Part shown: piece by piece, positions 24,729 through 33,363 of the stretch
Position numbering within the stretch: position 1 is the stretch's first letter
Layout of the letters: every line of letters begins with the position of its first letter
Assembly: GCA_028280675.1 (NCBI GenBank)
Contig: JANQLI010000062.1
Span: 1 to 42,302, forward strand
DNA: 42,302 nt
Direction of reading: 5' to 3'
Source of the DNA: Alphaproteobacteria bacterium
GTDB taxonomy: Bacteria; Pseudomonadota; Alphaproteobacteria; SMXP01
The notes under the pieces: model-generated
The model's input: only the letters and a program-made list of their open reading frames with translations
Database searches by the model: none
Told to the model about the DNA's origin: nothing
Position numbers and translations under genes: made by a program

Positions 24729-27056
24729 TTAGAAGCGGAATGTGCCCGTGATACCAAAGCGTCGGCCATTGCCTTGATAGGCATCAATACGGCGTCCACC
24801 ATCGAAACCAGGCTGCAAGGCTTGCGCCGCAACATACTCTTCATCGAAGAGGTTCTTCGCCCAGAGCGCAAATTCGATATTCTCGTTCTGCAACGCTGCA
24901 CGCATATTCACAAGCGTACGTTCACCATAGGTTAAGGCGTTGATAGACCGGGCATAGTTTTCAGATTGGTAATTTACATTCGTCTGCGCATACCAATCCC
25001 AACCAGTATTTGCCATTTGACCATTGAAGATAATACCAACCGTGCCCTGATGTTGCGCAACACGCCCGAGTGTGTTGCCGCCAACAATAGCTGGCCCGAT
25101 TGGGTATGGGGTTACAAGATCACAGAGGTCACCAAGGGCACCACATGATGAGGTAACTGAGGCATCTAGTGTACCACTTTTAAACTCTGGATCGCTATAG
25201 GCATATCCAGCTGTCACGGTCACCATCTCACTCAACTGAGCGATTGCATCAAGCTCAAGACCCCAAACCTCAACACCACCGTCAACGTTATTGACATGTG
25301 TACCAAAGTTATCCGCATTCAAGGATGGAAGCTGTGTGTCTTTCCAATCTGTGTAATAGACAGCCCCATTGAGAATGAGGTCTCCATCCAGCCAGGCTGT
25401 TTTCGCACCAAGTTCGTAGGTCCAGTTCTCCTCAGTATCGAAGAAACGTTCATCTGCTTGTTGTGCTGGTGTACACGCCCCGCAAACACGGCCATTGATG
25501 CCACCACTGCGAATACCCTTCGCGGCGCTGACGTAGAACATCATTTCGTCATTTGGCTTATAATCCAAAATCACACGCGGTGAGATAAAGTTGTATGAGT
25601 CATCAAACATCTCATCCACTGCGACAAAATTCCATGTCACATGCGTATCTTTTTCCTCATGGGTATAGCGCGCTTCACCAGTAAGCGTCAGTTGATCTGT
25701 AATATCCCAACTCACAGAACCATAGATGGCCCACGCTTCAGTATTTGCATCGAAGATGTTAAAGGGCTCTTTCTCTGCAACAGGGTCATCGACCGCAAAA
25801 AGCAATGCAGGGAAAGCAATAATCACATCACCGGGATTCACGCGTCCAACAGCAGCTTGCGTGTCAGTGCTTGTCTCAGAATCGAAGTAATACGCGCCGA
25901 GCATCCATGAATACCCTTCGGTATTATTTGACTCGATCCGAAGCTCTTGAGCAAAGTCTTCCGAAGTAGACCCAGCATGCGCGAATACTTGGTGACCATC
26001 AACGTCTCCCGCAAACAAAACAGGAAATGTGAGGCCCGTCCCAAGAGAAGCTGCACCATAATCACGGTCTGTAATGGCGTCATAGGTTGCTTCTGTATAT
26101 GATGTTAAACTGGTAAGGATAACTGAATCCAACTCATATTCGAGCTTTAACGAATACTGCTCAACTTCCGACTTGGTTCGGCCCTCAGGGCTTAAACCAA
26201 CATCGCCTTGCGCGCTAATATCACCACAATAATATGTTGCGTTTGGCGGCACCTCAAGGTCAGCGCCACAATTCAAATCAACCAGAAATTGCGCGTCTTG
26301 ATCACTTGTCCGGTCACTATAAAGACCATTGATAGTTGCGGTAAATTGATCGTTAGGTGTGAAGACCACTGCACCGGCGGCTGAAAACGATTCATACCCC
26401 TGCAGATTGTCGCCACCAGCAAGATTCTTGAACGTGCCATCAAATTCACGATATCCAAGCGACAAACGCGCTTTGAGTGTATTGGCAACAATCGGACCGC
26501 CAATATCAGCAGTCACACCATAATCTTCATCAGATCCTATTGTCCCACTGACTTCGCCTTGAAACTCATCTGTAGGATCGGCAAAGACATAATTAATCGC
26601 ACCTGCAAAAGTCGAACGCCCATACAAAGCACTTTGTGGGCCGCGAGCAACCTCAACCCGCTCAATGCCAATCAGATCTAAGTCAACAGTGTTTCGTCCT
26701 GACTGATACACACCATTGACGAAAATACCGACATTGTTGTCATAGCTAAGATCACCGCTGATCACATTTTGCGCCATCCCGCGAATAACTGGCGTTGCAA
26801 AACCACCACCGGTTTGCTGCTCAATACTCAAACCCGGTGTACTCAGAGATAAATCCGAAATACTTAGGATTCCTTGGCGTGTTAGGTCTTCGGCCGTAAA
26901 AGCGGCCACAGAGAGTGGCACATCCTGCAAACTCTCTTCACGTTTCCGCGTGGTCACAACCAACTCACTGACAGCCGACCAACCCTCTGTTGGCAGGCCG
27001 ACACTTGCTCCCGTCATCATCAACACGGCGGCAAGCGGCATTCTCATCTTTGTCAT
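24729..27056 (-). CDS. TonB-dependent outer-membrane receptor
   Basis: ATG at 27056 follows GGGGGA. Signal peptide MTKMRMPLAAVLMMTGASVGLPTEGWSA. 'ELVVTTRKRE' and 'VEVARGPQSALYGRSTFAGA' are plug motifs. The C-terminus ends '...TGTFRF'. Confidence 0.9.
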   Translation of the reverse strand: MTKMRMPLAAVLMMTGASVGLPTEGWSAVSELVVTTRKREESLQDVPLSVAAFTAEDLTRQGILSISDLSLSTPGLSIEQQTGGGFATPVIRGMAQNVISGDLSYDNNVGIFVNGVYQSGRNTVDLDLIGIERVEVARGPQSALYGRSTFAGAINYVFADPTDEFQGEVSGTIGSDEDYGVTADIGGPIVANTLKARLSLGYREFDGTFKNLAGGDNLQGYESFSAAGAVVFTPNDQFTATINGLYSDRTSDQDAQFLVDLNCGADLEVPPNATYYCGDISAQGDVGLSPEGRTKSEVEQYSLKLEYELDSVILTSLTSYTEATYDAITDRDYGAASLGTGLTFPVLFAGDVDGHQVFAHAGSTSEDFAQELRIESNNTEGYSWMLGAYYFDSETSTDTQAAVGRVNPGDVIIAFPALLFAVDDPVAEKEPFNIFDANTEAWAIYGSVSWDITDQLTLTGEARYTHEEKDTHVTWNFVAVDEMFDDSYNFISPRVILDYKPNDEMMFYVSAAKGIRSGGINGRVCGACTPAQQADERFFDTEENWTYELGAKTAWLDGDLILNGAVYYTDWKDTQLPSLNADNFGTHVNNVDGGVEVWGLELDAIAQLSEMVTVTAGYAYSDPEFKSGTLDASVTSSCGALGDLCDLVTPYPIGPAIVGGNTLGRVAQHQGTVGIIFNGQMANTGWDWYAQTNVNYQSENYARSINALTYGERTLVNMRAALQNENIEFALWAKNLFDEEYVAAQALQPGFDGGRRIDAYQGNGRRFGITGTFRF

Positions 27057-27146
27057 GATAAAGATCCCCCATCTGATAAAATCAAAAGCGAACCGCGAGC
27101 GCCAAATCACAGCACCCCATCCGCTAAAGTGTCACAAGTGTATAGA

Positions 27147-27167
27147 TACCTATAGGTAAGGCAAGTA
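27147..27167. promoter_or_regulatory. operator-like element: palindrome 'tacctataggta' fused to 'taaggcaagta'
   Basis: The 12-bp perfect palindrome is at 27147-27158. The 11-mer 'taaggcaagta' (27157-27167) is identical to 19458-19468, the right edge of the 38-bp palindrome. Both elements have the TACC-N4-GGTA core. Confidence 0.45.
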
Positions 27168-27233
27168 ATTTTGATTTATAAGAAAGACATAAGGCCAAAA
27201 TTAAGATAAATTTTGCCAAGTGTTACATTTTTG

Positions 27234-27247
27234 CACTTTTAAAAGTG
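27234..27247. promoter_or_regulatory. 14-bp perfect palindrome 'cacttttaaaagtg' within a cluster of AAGTG repeats
   Basis: It lies in the divergent TBDR/Rieske intergenic region. AAGTG-containing repeats occur at 27127, 27136, 27218, 27243 and, in reverse, 27233-27240. Confidence 0.3.
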
Positions 27248-27361
27248 ACATATGCGTATATTTTTTCATTTATCACGACCTGATTGAAATCAGTCTCAGA
27301 TTTTAGCGCTTTTGGAGAGGACAAGTTATCAGGCGAAGGACATGGATAAGGAGCATCCATC

Positions 27362-28504
27362 ATGTTTATCAACAATTGGTACGTGGCGGCACAAAGCGAA
27401 GATCTTGAGGATACACCTCTCAAGGTCACCATGCTCGGCTGCGACTTTGCCCTGTATCGCACGCCGGAAGGAAAAGCGGCTTGCATCAGCAATGTCTGCC
27501 CGCATCGCGGGGCCAGCATGGCGGACGGTAAATGCAAAGACGATGGCACCTTGGCATGCCCTTATCATGGTTGGCAATTTAATGTCGCTGGCGATTGCAC
27601 CCTGATCCCCTCCCGGCGCGAACAAGACCCACAGGCCCTTGCCCCTGGCGTGAAGATTGATGCGTATCTGACTGAAGAAAAATATGGTCTCATTTGGGTT
27701 TTCCTGGGCGATGATCCTGATAGCGCGGCCCCGATCCCAGACATCCCGGAATTTGAAGATGACGCCTTTGTGCACACACGTGCCGTTGATGAATGGCAGG
27801 CCAATTACCATTGGGCCAAATTTTCAAATCTGGATCTTGTACACTTGCCTGTTGTTCACGGCATTCAATTTCAAAATCAAGAAAACCCATTTGAACCACC
27901 ACCCGCCGAATTGAAACGCGAGGGACTGGGTTTCAATCATCTCTACTACCCCTCTGCCGGTATCCGTGAAGGCGGCGAATGGGACAAGCTGCGTGAAGAT
28001 GGCGAAGCGAAACAAGTTGAATCGTACATGAAGTTCTCTGTCGCCGGATGGATGCTTCATGGACGCGTCGAAATTGGCGGTGTGGGCAGTGGCATGCACA
28101 ATGCGTTCTACGAATTCTCAACACCTATCGACGACACACGCACGATGATGACGTATATTTTCTTCCGTAACTTCATGACTGAGCCCGAGATCAATCCGGA
28201 ACATTTGAAACGGAACATGATGAATGTCAAACAGGACAAGGCGATTGCAGAAGCCCAGCGCCCCAAGATCGCCCCTCACGCAAAAGATCCTCATGGTCTT
28301 TACACCGCAGATGAAGACACCGTGATCGCGCTCTATTGGGACATCATGGAGGAGATGCGCGCAAAGGGCTGGCAGATTGATCGCCTCACCCTGGCCGAAC
28401 AAAATAAGGATGCGCGTTACCGTGTCATACCATCGCCCAAACGCCAGCAAGAGAAAGGGCCTTGGGTGCATCCGGAAGTTCCACGCTTTCCAAAAACCAT
28501 ATAA
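27362..28504 (+). CDS. Rieske [2Fe-2S] non-haem-iron oxygenase, alpha-subunit-only type
   Basis: AAGGAG precedes the ATG. Rieske motif 'CPHRGASMADGKCKDDGTLACPYH' (C-x-H-x17-C-x2-H). Mononuclear iron motif 'DLVHLPVVH' (D-x2-H-x4-H). Confidence 0.85.
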   Translation: MFINNWYVAAQSEDLEDTPLKVTMLGCDFALYRTPEGKAACISNVCPHRGASMADGKCKDDGTLACPYHGWQFNVAGDCTLIPSRREQDPQALAPGVKIDAYLTEEKYGLIWVFLGDDPDSAAPIPDIPEFEDDAFVHTRAVDEWQANYHWAKFSNLDLVHLPVVHGIQFQNQENPFEPPPAELKREGLGFNHLYYPSAGIREGGEWDKLREDGEAKQVESYMKFSVAGWMLHGRVEIGGVGSGMHNAFYEFSTPIDDTRTMMTYIFFRNFMTEPEINPEHLKRNMMNVKQDKAIAEAQRPKIAPHAKDPHGLYTADEDTVIALYWDIMEEMRAKGWQIDRLTLAEQNKDARYRVIPSPKRQQEKGPWVHPEVPRFPKTI

Positions 28505-28562
28505 TATAAAGAATGGGCGCAGACGGCACACCATCCCCGGTAAAGCATAAAAAGAAGCGCAT

Positions 28563-28591
28563 GAGATTCCCATGCGCTTCTAAATCTCTCA
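28563..28591. terminator. 11-bp perfect hairpin between convergent genes; terminator mainly for the minus-strand operon
   Basis: 'agaagcgcatg agattcc catgcgcttct'. On the minus strand it starts 10 nt after the stop codon at 28601 and is followed by UUUUAU. Confidence 0.55.
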
Positions 28592-28600
28592 TTCTGAATA

Positions 28601-29683
28601 TCAGTATTGAGACCCGCTTCCCGTTGGCGGACGAATGGGATCGAGCTGAAATCCGGTATAGTTTGGGTTTTCCGGTGGAATATCTTTGGCATAGGTTTTC
28701 CACGTATCAACACGATCATTTTTCGGGTCCCACGAAATATCCGGCATGTCTAAATATTCAGGGGCGTGTTTTTCGATATACGCCAAGACTTTTGGGGGGA
28801 TTTCTCCGTAATCCTTCAGGCCTTTATGCGAAAACATCCGCCCGAACATAACACCCTCGGCGAATTTCGTTTCGCCCATTTTCATAAACGGCCACCATTG
28901 CGAAACACGGCTAAACCCGGCTGTCATCCGGCAGGTCGGCAAATCACGATCTTCAAGCTCAGCGCGCTTGACCTGCATGGTGAAATGTTCAGAAGGCGAA
29001 ATGCGCGCCCCTGTTGATGATTTTGGCCAGCCTTCAGGCGAAACGGGATTGGTATATTCATGTGTGTAATCCCATGACAGCATCAACTCATCGCCATATT
29101 GCTCAAATGGCAGCAAGAAAGGGTACTTGCCGTTTTCATCCGGGAACACAGTGCCTTCATTCATCAATGTTGGTGAATCGCTATTTGCGCCCATAAAAAA
29201 TATGGGGATCTCTGGCCCAATACGCCCCACCAAGACGTCATTATAGAAATGGTAAACCTCGACTGTTTCTTCTGTATAAGGATTATACCATGTCTCCAGA
29301 ATGTCGCCGGTTTCGAGATCTGTGAAATAACCCGTCTCACGTGATTTAATCAGCAAATCACCGTTCTCGGCAATGTCACAGAGCAGCACACCGGTACCGG
29401 TATAGCCAAAAAGCGGTGTCATACGTGCAGTGCCAACACGACCGTACATCAAGCCATGAAAAGCGCCAATAACCGGCTCCCCATATCCCGACCAAATTTT
29501 CCCAAATGCATAAAGGTTGTCATAGGGATCATTCAGATCCAAACCACCTTTTCCATTTTGCATGCGCTCCATGGCCTGCGCCGATGACCCCGCCATGCCT
29601 GTGAACGCCGCGCCAGCCCCAACAAGACTGGTCATGGCGCTCCGCCTGTTTTGCACAAGACCCGTTAATAAATTCGATTGCAT
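28601..29683 (-). CDS. Tat-signal-bearing conserved protein of unknown function (recalled as DUF1838-like, low certainty)
   Basis: GGGAGGAAG precedes the ATG. N-terminus MQSNLLTGLVQNRRSAMTSLVGAGAAFTGMAGSSAQA has a twin arginine, a hydrophobic core and an AQA site. Paralogous to the upstream gene. Confidence 0.6.
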   Translation of the reverse strand: MQSNLLTGLVQNRRSAMTSLVGAGAAFTGMAGSSAQAMERMQNGKGGLDLNDPYDNLYAFGKIWSGYGEPVIGAFHGLMYGRVGTARMTPLFGYTGTGVLLCDIAENGDLLIKSRETGYFTDLETGDILETWYNPYTEETVEVYHFYNDVLVGRIGPEIPIFFMGANSDSPTLMNEGTVFPDENGKYPFLLPFEQYGDELMLSWDYTHEYTNPVSPEGWPKSSTGARISPSEHFTMQVKRAELEDRDLPTCRMTAGFSRVSQWWPFMKMGETKFAEGVMFGRMFSHKGLKDYGEIPPKVLAYIEKHAPEYLDMPDISWDPKNDRVDTWKTYAKDIPPENPNYTGFQLDPIRPPTGSGSQY

Positions 29684-29717
29684 TTCTCTTCCTCCCGCAT
29701 TGTCTTTTTATTAATCT

Positions 29718-30530
29718 CTACGCTTTCATAGCCTGCATATAATCTGTCCAAGGATCTTTCCCTTGAGGGGGCGCTGCTGTCCCGGTTGCGCATCCTGGGA
29801 AGCGCTCCTCCGATGCCCGCATGACATCCTCTGGCAACTCCTTGTAAGACGAAAGCTTAGCCCCGGTCGCGCGCGTGATCAAATAGCCAGGGCGGTCCCC
29901 CATATGCATCCACGGAAACCATGGCGTCACAGCTTCATAGCTTATACGCGCATCAACGGAGGTGGCGGTTGCATCACTCAACTTATCACGATCCACATGG
30001 AGTGTTGATTCCATTTGCAAACGTATCATGGGACCTGAGTAAGCTTGCTTATGCGTGTCGGGATCGAGCGGATTGGGAAATGCCCAATCCATTGTGCGTG
30101 TCATCCAGACAGTGTTCGCAACTTCCATGACATCAATTTCAAAAGGCTGCGCCATATCTTGCCCGTCAGCCACAAAACCGGAATCCCCCTCTACATCATA
30201 AAAGTTATTAATGTCATTTGTGACGACTTCTACAATTGGCCTCTCTTCATTCGTATAAGGCATCACAAAGGAGCGAATAAGTTCACCGCTTTTCATGTCA
30301 CGGTAAAACGTGATGTCTTGCATCACCGACTCATGGCGATGTCTGCTGACTTTACGATACGGTCCAAAAGAATAATTTTCATGACGGAAAAGCGGAACCA
30401 ACCCCTCATGTGGGGTGAGCCCATGAGTGATTCCGGTGAACCACCAATAGACCGGTCCATCATCAAGACGCCCGAGCGCTTTCAGCCATGCAGACATTCG
30501 GCCCTGTTTTGAAGAAAAATCTACTCCCAT
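29718..30530 (-). CDS. signal-less paralogue of the 28601-29683 product (unknown function)
   Basis: I prefer the ATG at 30530 (AAGGTG lies 6 nt upstream) over the GTG at 30539. Blocks shared with the neighbour: 'PLF', 'Y.D...G(E/D).(L/I)....PYT.E...V.....ND', 'NP..P', 'W.P.M.MG'. Confidence 0.6.
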   Translation of the reverse strand: MGVDFSSKQGRMSAWLKALGRLDDGPVYWWFTGITHGLTPHEGLVPLFRHENYSFGPYRKVSRHRHESVMQDITFYRDMKSGELIRSFVMPYTNEERPIVEVVTNDINNFYDVEGDSGFVADGQDMAQPFEIDVMEVANTVWMTRTMDWAFPNPLDPDTHKQAYSGPMIRLQMESTLHVDRDKLSDATATSVDARISYEAVTPWFPWMHMGDRPGYLITRATGAKLSSYKELPEDVMRASEERFPGCATGTAAPPQGKDPWTDYMQAMKA

Positions 30531-30708
30531 ACGGCACACCTTATTGTTCTGAGAAAGGATTCATAAGTGACCTTATGGTATTAGTCAATAAATTACTATC
30601 TAGATGATATAATTGATATATTTCTATTCTAATACTATTTAGTTGATATAAAAGCGCAGAATGATAAGGTCGGCCTACATCAAGGTCAGGCCGGGGAACA
30701 GATTGACG

Positions 30709-31356
30709 ATGAAGCTTGCCATATGCGGCGCCACAGGCGGGACAGGAAGACAGCTCGTCGAGCAAGCTCTCGCACGAGGGCATGAGGTCACGGCGATTGT
30801 CCGCGATCCCAGCAAGCTTGATATGGCGCACCCGCAATTACAAATTGTTCAAGCGGATATGCTGGACATAGGCAGTTTCACCAGAGCCATTACATCAGAT
30901 CATAAAGCTGTTATCTCCGCACTCGGATTATTCAATAAACAGCCCTCGACGGAATTATCTGAAGGGACAAAAAACCTTATCGCGGCAATGCAAAGTGCAA
31001 ACATTCAGCGATTCCTTTGCATCTCAAGTTGGGGCGCAAGTGGCACAGATAAACAAGCGCCTTTTGTTATGCGTCTGTTTGCGTTTAAATACCTCTTCCG
31101 GCACACGCTTGCTGATAAAAACAGGCAAGAAGCCATTATCCGCGACTCAGGCCTCAATTACACAATCTTACGCCCGGCTGGGTTGCGTGATCGTGAACCA
31201 TTAGGCGAAACATATACATGGACAGGCGCGGACCCAGACGCGCGGCCAAAACACGCCAAGCGTTTACAAGTATCGCGATCTTATCTTGCCCACTATTGTT
31301 TAGAGTGCCTTGAAGATCCATCAACCATCGGCCGAGAGATCAACCTTTCCGAATAA
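30709..31356 (+). CDS. NAD(P)H-binding (atypical SDR / flavin-reductase-like) protein
   Basis: ATG at 30709. The product begins 'MKLAICGATGGTGRQLVEQALARGHEVTAIVRDPSKL'. Paralogue of the 22776-23414 product. Confidence 0.8.
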   Translation: MKLAICGATGGTGRQLVEQALARGHEVTAIVRDPSKLDMAHPQLQIVQADMLDIGSFTRAITSDHKAVISALGLFNKQPSTELSEGTKNLIAAMQSANIQRFLCISSWGASGTDKQAPFVMRLFAFKYLFRHTLADKNRQEAIIRDSGLNYTILRPAGLRDREPLGETYTWTGADPDARPKHAKRLQVSRSYLAHYCLECLEDPSTIGREINLSE

Positions 31357-31378
31357 AGACAATAGAAAGCTGAGAACG

Positions 31379-32701
31379 ATGGATACACACAAGACACCCA
31401 ATCCTCAGTCCACCACATTAGGACCCATCACTCTCATACCTGGGATCACACGCGCTAATGCGGCAACGGCCATTTTCGCCGCTGTCACAATGAACAGCAT
31501 GATGGCCTTCATCAATATGCTGCAGCCCATCGTCATTGAAGAAAATCTCGGCGTGCCAACCAATATGCAAGGTAGCATTAGCGCCAACCTCACCCTGATC
31601 AGTGAAATCATGGCGCTTAGTCTCTTAGGTGTGGTCGGCGCACTGTCGGATAAGATCGGCCGGCGTCCAATTATTGTGTTTGGATTTATTGCCTTCGCTG
31701 CTGGGTATTTTCTTTACCCGCTTATGCCGAATGTCACATCGCTTTACCTGAGCCGCGCGATCTTCGCCGTCGGCGTTGCCTGTGTTGCGGGCATGATGAC
31801 CACGATCCTCAATGATTATCCTGAAGAAACCTCCCGCGGCAAAATGATGGCGGTTGGCGGCATGGCAAACGGCGCAGGCGGTTTGTTTATGGCGCTTGTT
31901 CTTGCGCAGCTCCCGCTTTGGTTTCAACAAGCGTCTTTTTCTTCGACAAACGCCACGCTTTACACCGCCTTTGTTGCTGTGGGGCTTTGCATTCTCTCAG
32001 CCGCTGTCCTCTGGTGGGGATTGAGCCCTTACAAACCAACACAAGCCCATCAGCATAAAGAAAATTTTCTCGTCAATCTGAAAGAAGGCGTCCTTGCAGC
32101 CAAACAACCACGCATCGCTATTGCCTATGCCGCTGCCTTTGTCGCACGTAGCGACCTCGTGGTCATTGGCACATTCTTTTTGCTCTGGTGTCGCCAAGCT
32201 GGCGTGGAAGCAGGACTGGCGCCTGCCGAAGCAACCGCACAATCGGGATTGCTGATGGCGGTCATGCAACTATCCGCACTGCTGTCTGCCCCGCTGATTG
32301 GCATTCTTATTGACCGCATTGATCGTCTCGGCGCGGTGGCTTTTTGCATGGGCATCATCGCGCTTGGCTATTTTAGCCTTAGCTTACTGAGTGATCCACT
32401 GGGCTTTGTATCGTATTTCGTCGCCATCCTGATCGGCATGGGCATGATGGCCGGCATGTTGTCATCGCAAGCACTCATTGGCGAGAGCGCAGATCCTGGC
32501 ATACGCGGCGCGATTATCGGTGTCTTCGGATTAAGCGGTGCCGTTGGCATTCTGCTGATTACCTCTATCGGGGGAACCTTATATGACCAATGGATGCGCA
32601 CAGCGCCTTTCCTGCTGATTGCCATTATGGGTCTCGCTCTTGCCATCATCGCTGGCGCCATATGGCTACGCGACGCGCAAAAAAACTCTACTAAGACATA
32701 A
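31379..32701 (+). CDS. MFS transporter
   Basis: Start taken at ATG 31379, which avoids overlap with the upstream gene. About 12 hydrophobic spans. MFS motif A-like 'GALSDKIGRRP'. Confidence 0.85.
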   Translation: MDTHKTPNPQSTTLGPITLIPGITRANAATAIFAAVTMNSMMAFINMLQPIVIEENLGVPTNMQGSISANLTLISEIMALSLLGVVGALSDKIGRRPIIVFGFIAFAAGYFLYPLMPNVTSLYLSRAIFAVGVACVAGMMTTILNDYPEETSRGKMMAVGGMANGAGGLFMALVLAQLPLWFQQASFSSTNATLYTAFVAVGLCILSAAVLWWGLSPYKPTQAHQHKENFLVNLKEGVLAAKQPRIAIAYAAAFVARSDLVVIGTFFLLWCRQAGVEAGLAPAEATAQSGLLMAVMQLSALLSAPLIGILIDRIDRLGAVAFCMGIIALGYFSLSLLSDPLGFVSYFVAILIGMGMMAGMLSSQALIGESADPGIRGAIIGVFGLSGAVGILLITSIGGTLYDQWMRTAPFLLIAIMGLALAIIAGAIWLRDAQKNSTKT

Positions 32702-32718
32702 TAAAAAGAGTAAGTGCG

Positions 32719-33363
32719 ATGACACCGCCATCAACCACAAAAGCATCGAAACGGAGCGCAAAACGCGAGGCCACAGAAGAAAAGCTGATCAAAGCGCTTG
32801 AAACACTCATTCTCCAGTACGGCGCTGAAGGCCTCGGCGTCAATAAAGTGGCCGAGGAAGCCGGTGTCGGCAAAGATCTTCTTTATCGCTACTTCGGAGG
32901 TCTTTCCGGATTGATTAGCCATTGGGTCACCGAAAGCGCAAACTGGCCAACGGCATTGGAGTTAATTGGTGGTGACACCACAGAATTTCATGCATTGCCC
33001 GAACACGAGCGCGTGAAACGAATCTTCATCAACTACTTACGTGAATTACGCAAGCGCCCTGTTCTGGTGCAAATCATGGCTGCACAATTTCTCAATCCAA
33101 CCGACATCACCCTGCCGTTTGAAAAAGCCAGTACGAAAATTTCAGATGATATTACCGATCTGGTGCGTGAGGTGAGTTCGGAGAACCTGCAACGTATCGC
33201 CTCGTTAAGTTTAGTGCTGGTCTCAAGTGCGAATTATCTTGCTATTCGCGCAACCAAACAGCCGATTTTTTATGGCCTCGACCTGAGCTCAAATGCAAGT
33301 TGGCATCACATTGAAGGCATCCTCGAAAGCATCATTGACGCCTATTGGACACGTGAAATGTGA
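32719..33363 (+). CDS. TetR/AcrR-family transcriptional regulator (paralogue 3)
   Basis: 'LIKALETLILQYGAEGLGVNKVAEEAGVGKDLLYRYFGGLSGLISHWV'. Starts 17 nt after the MFS gene. Its TGA stop (33361-33363) directly abuts the tRNA 3' end. Confidence 0.9.
   Translation: MTPPSTTKASKRSAKREATEEKLIKALETLILQYGAEGLGVNKVAEEAGVGKDLLYRYFGGLSGLISHWVTESANWPTALELIGGDTTEFHALPEHERVKRIFINYLRELRKRPVLVQIMAAQFLNPTDITLPFEKASTKISDDITDLVREVSSENLQRIASLSLVLVSSANYLAIRATKQPIFYGLDLSSNASWHHIEGILESIIDAYWTREM

Noticed and set aside
27057-27361. A possible riboswitch (for example cobalamin) upstream of the TonB-dependent receptors, at 27057-27361 and at 5858-6051.
   Set aside because: Reading both strands I found no B12-box-like or other conserved riboswitch core. 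The regions are better explained by protein-binding repeats and palindromes.
30541-30837. 98-aa minus-strand ORF covering the AT-rich intergenic region and the 5' end of the NAD(P)H-binding gene.
   Set aside because: It is antisense to a well-supported CDS, and the remainder lies in promoter DNA. It has no RBS and no motif.
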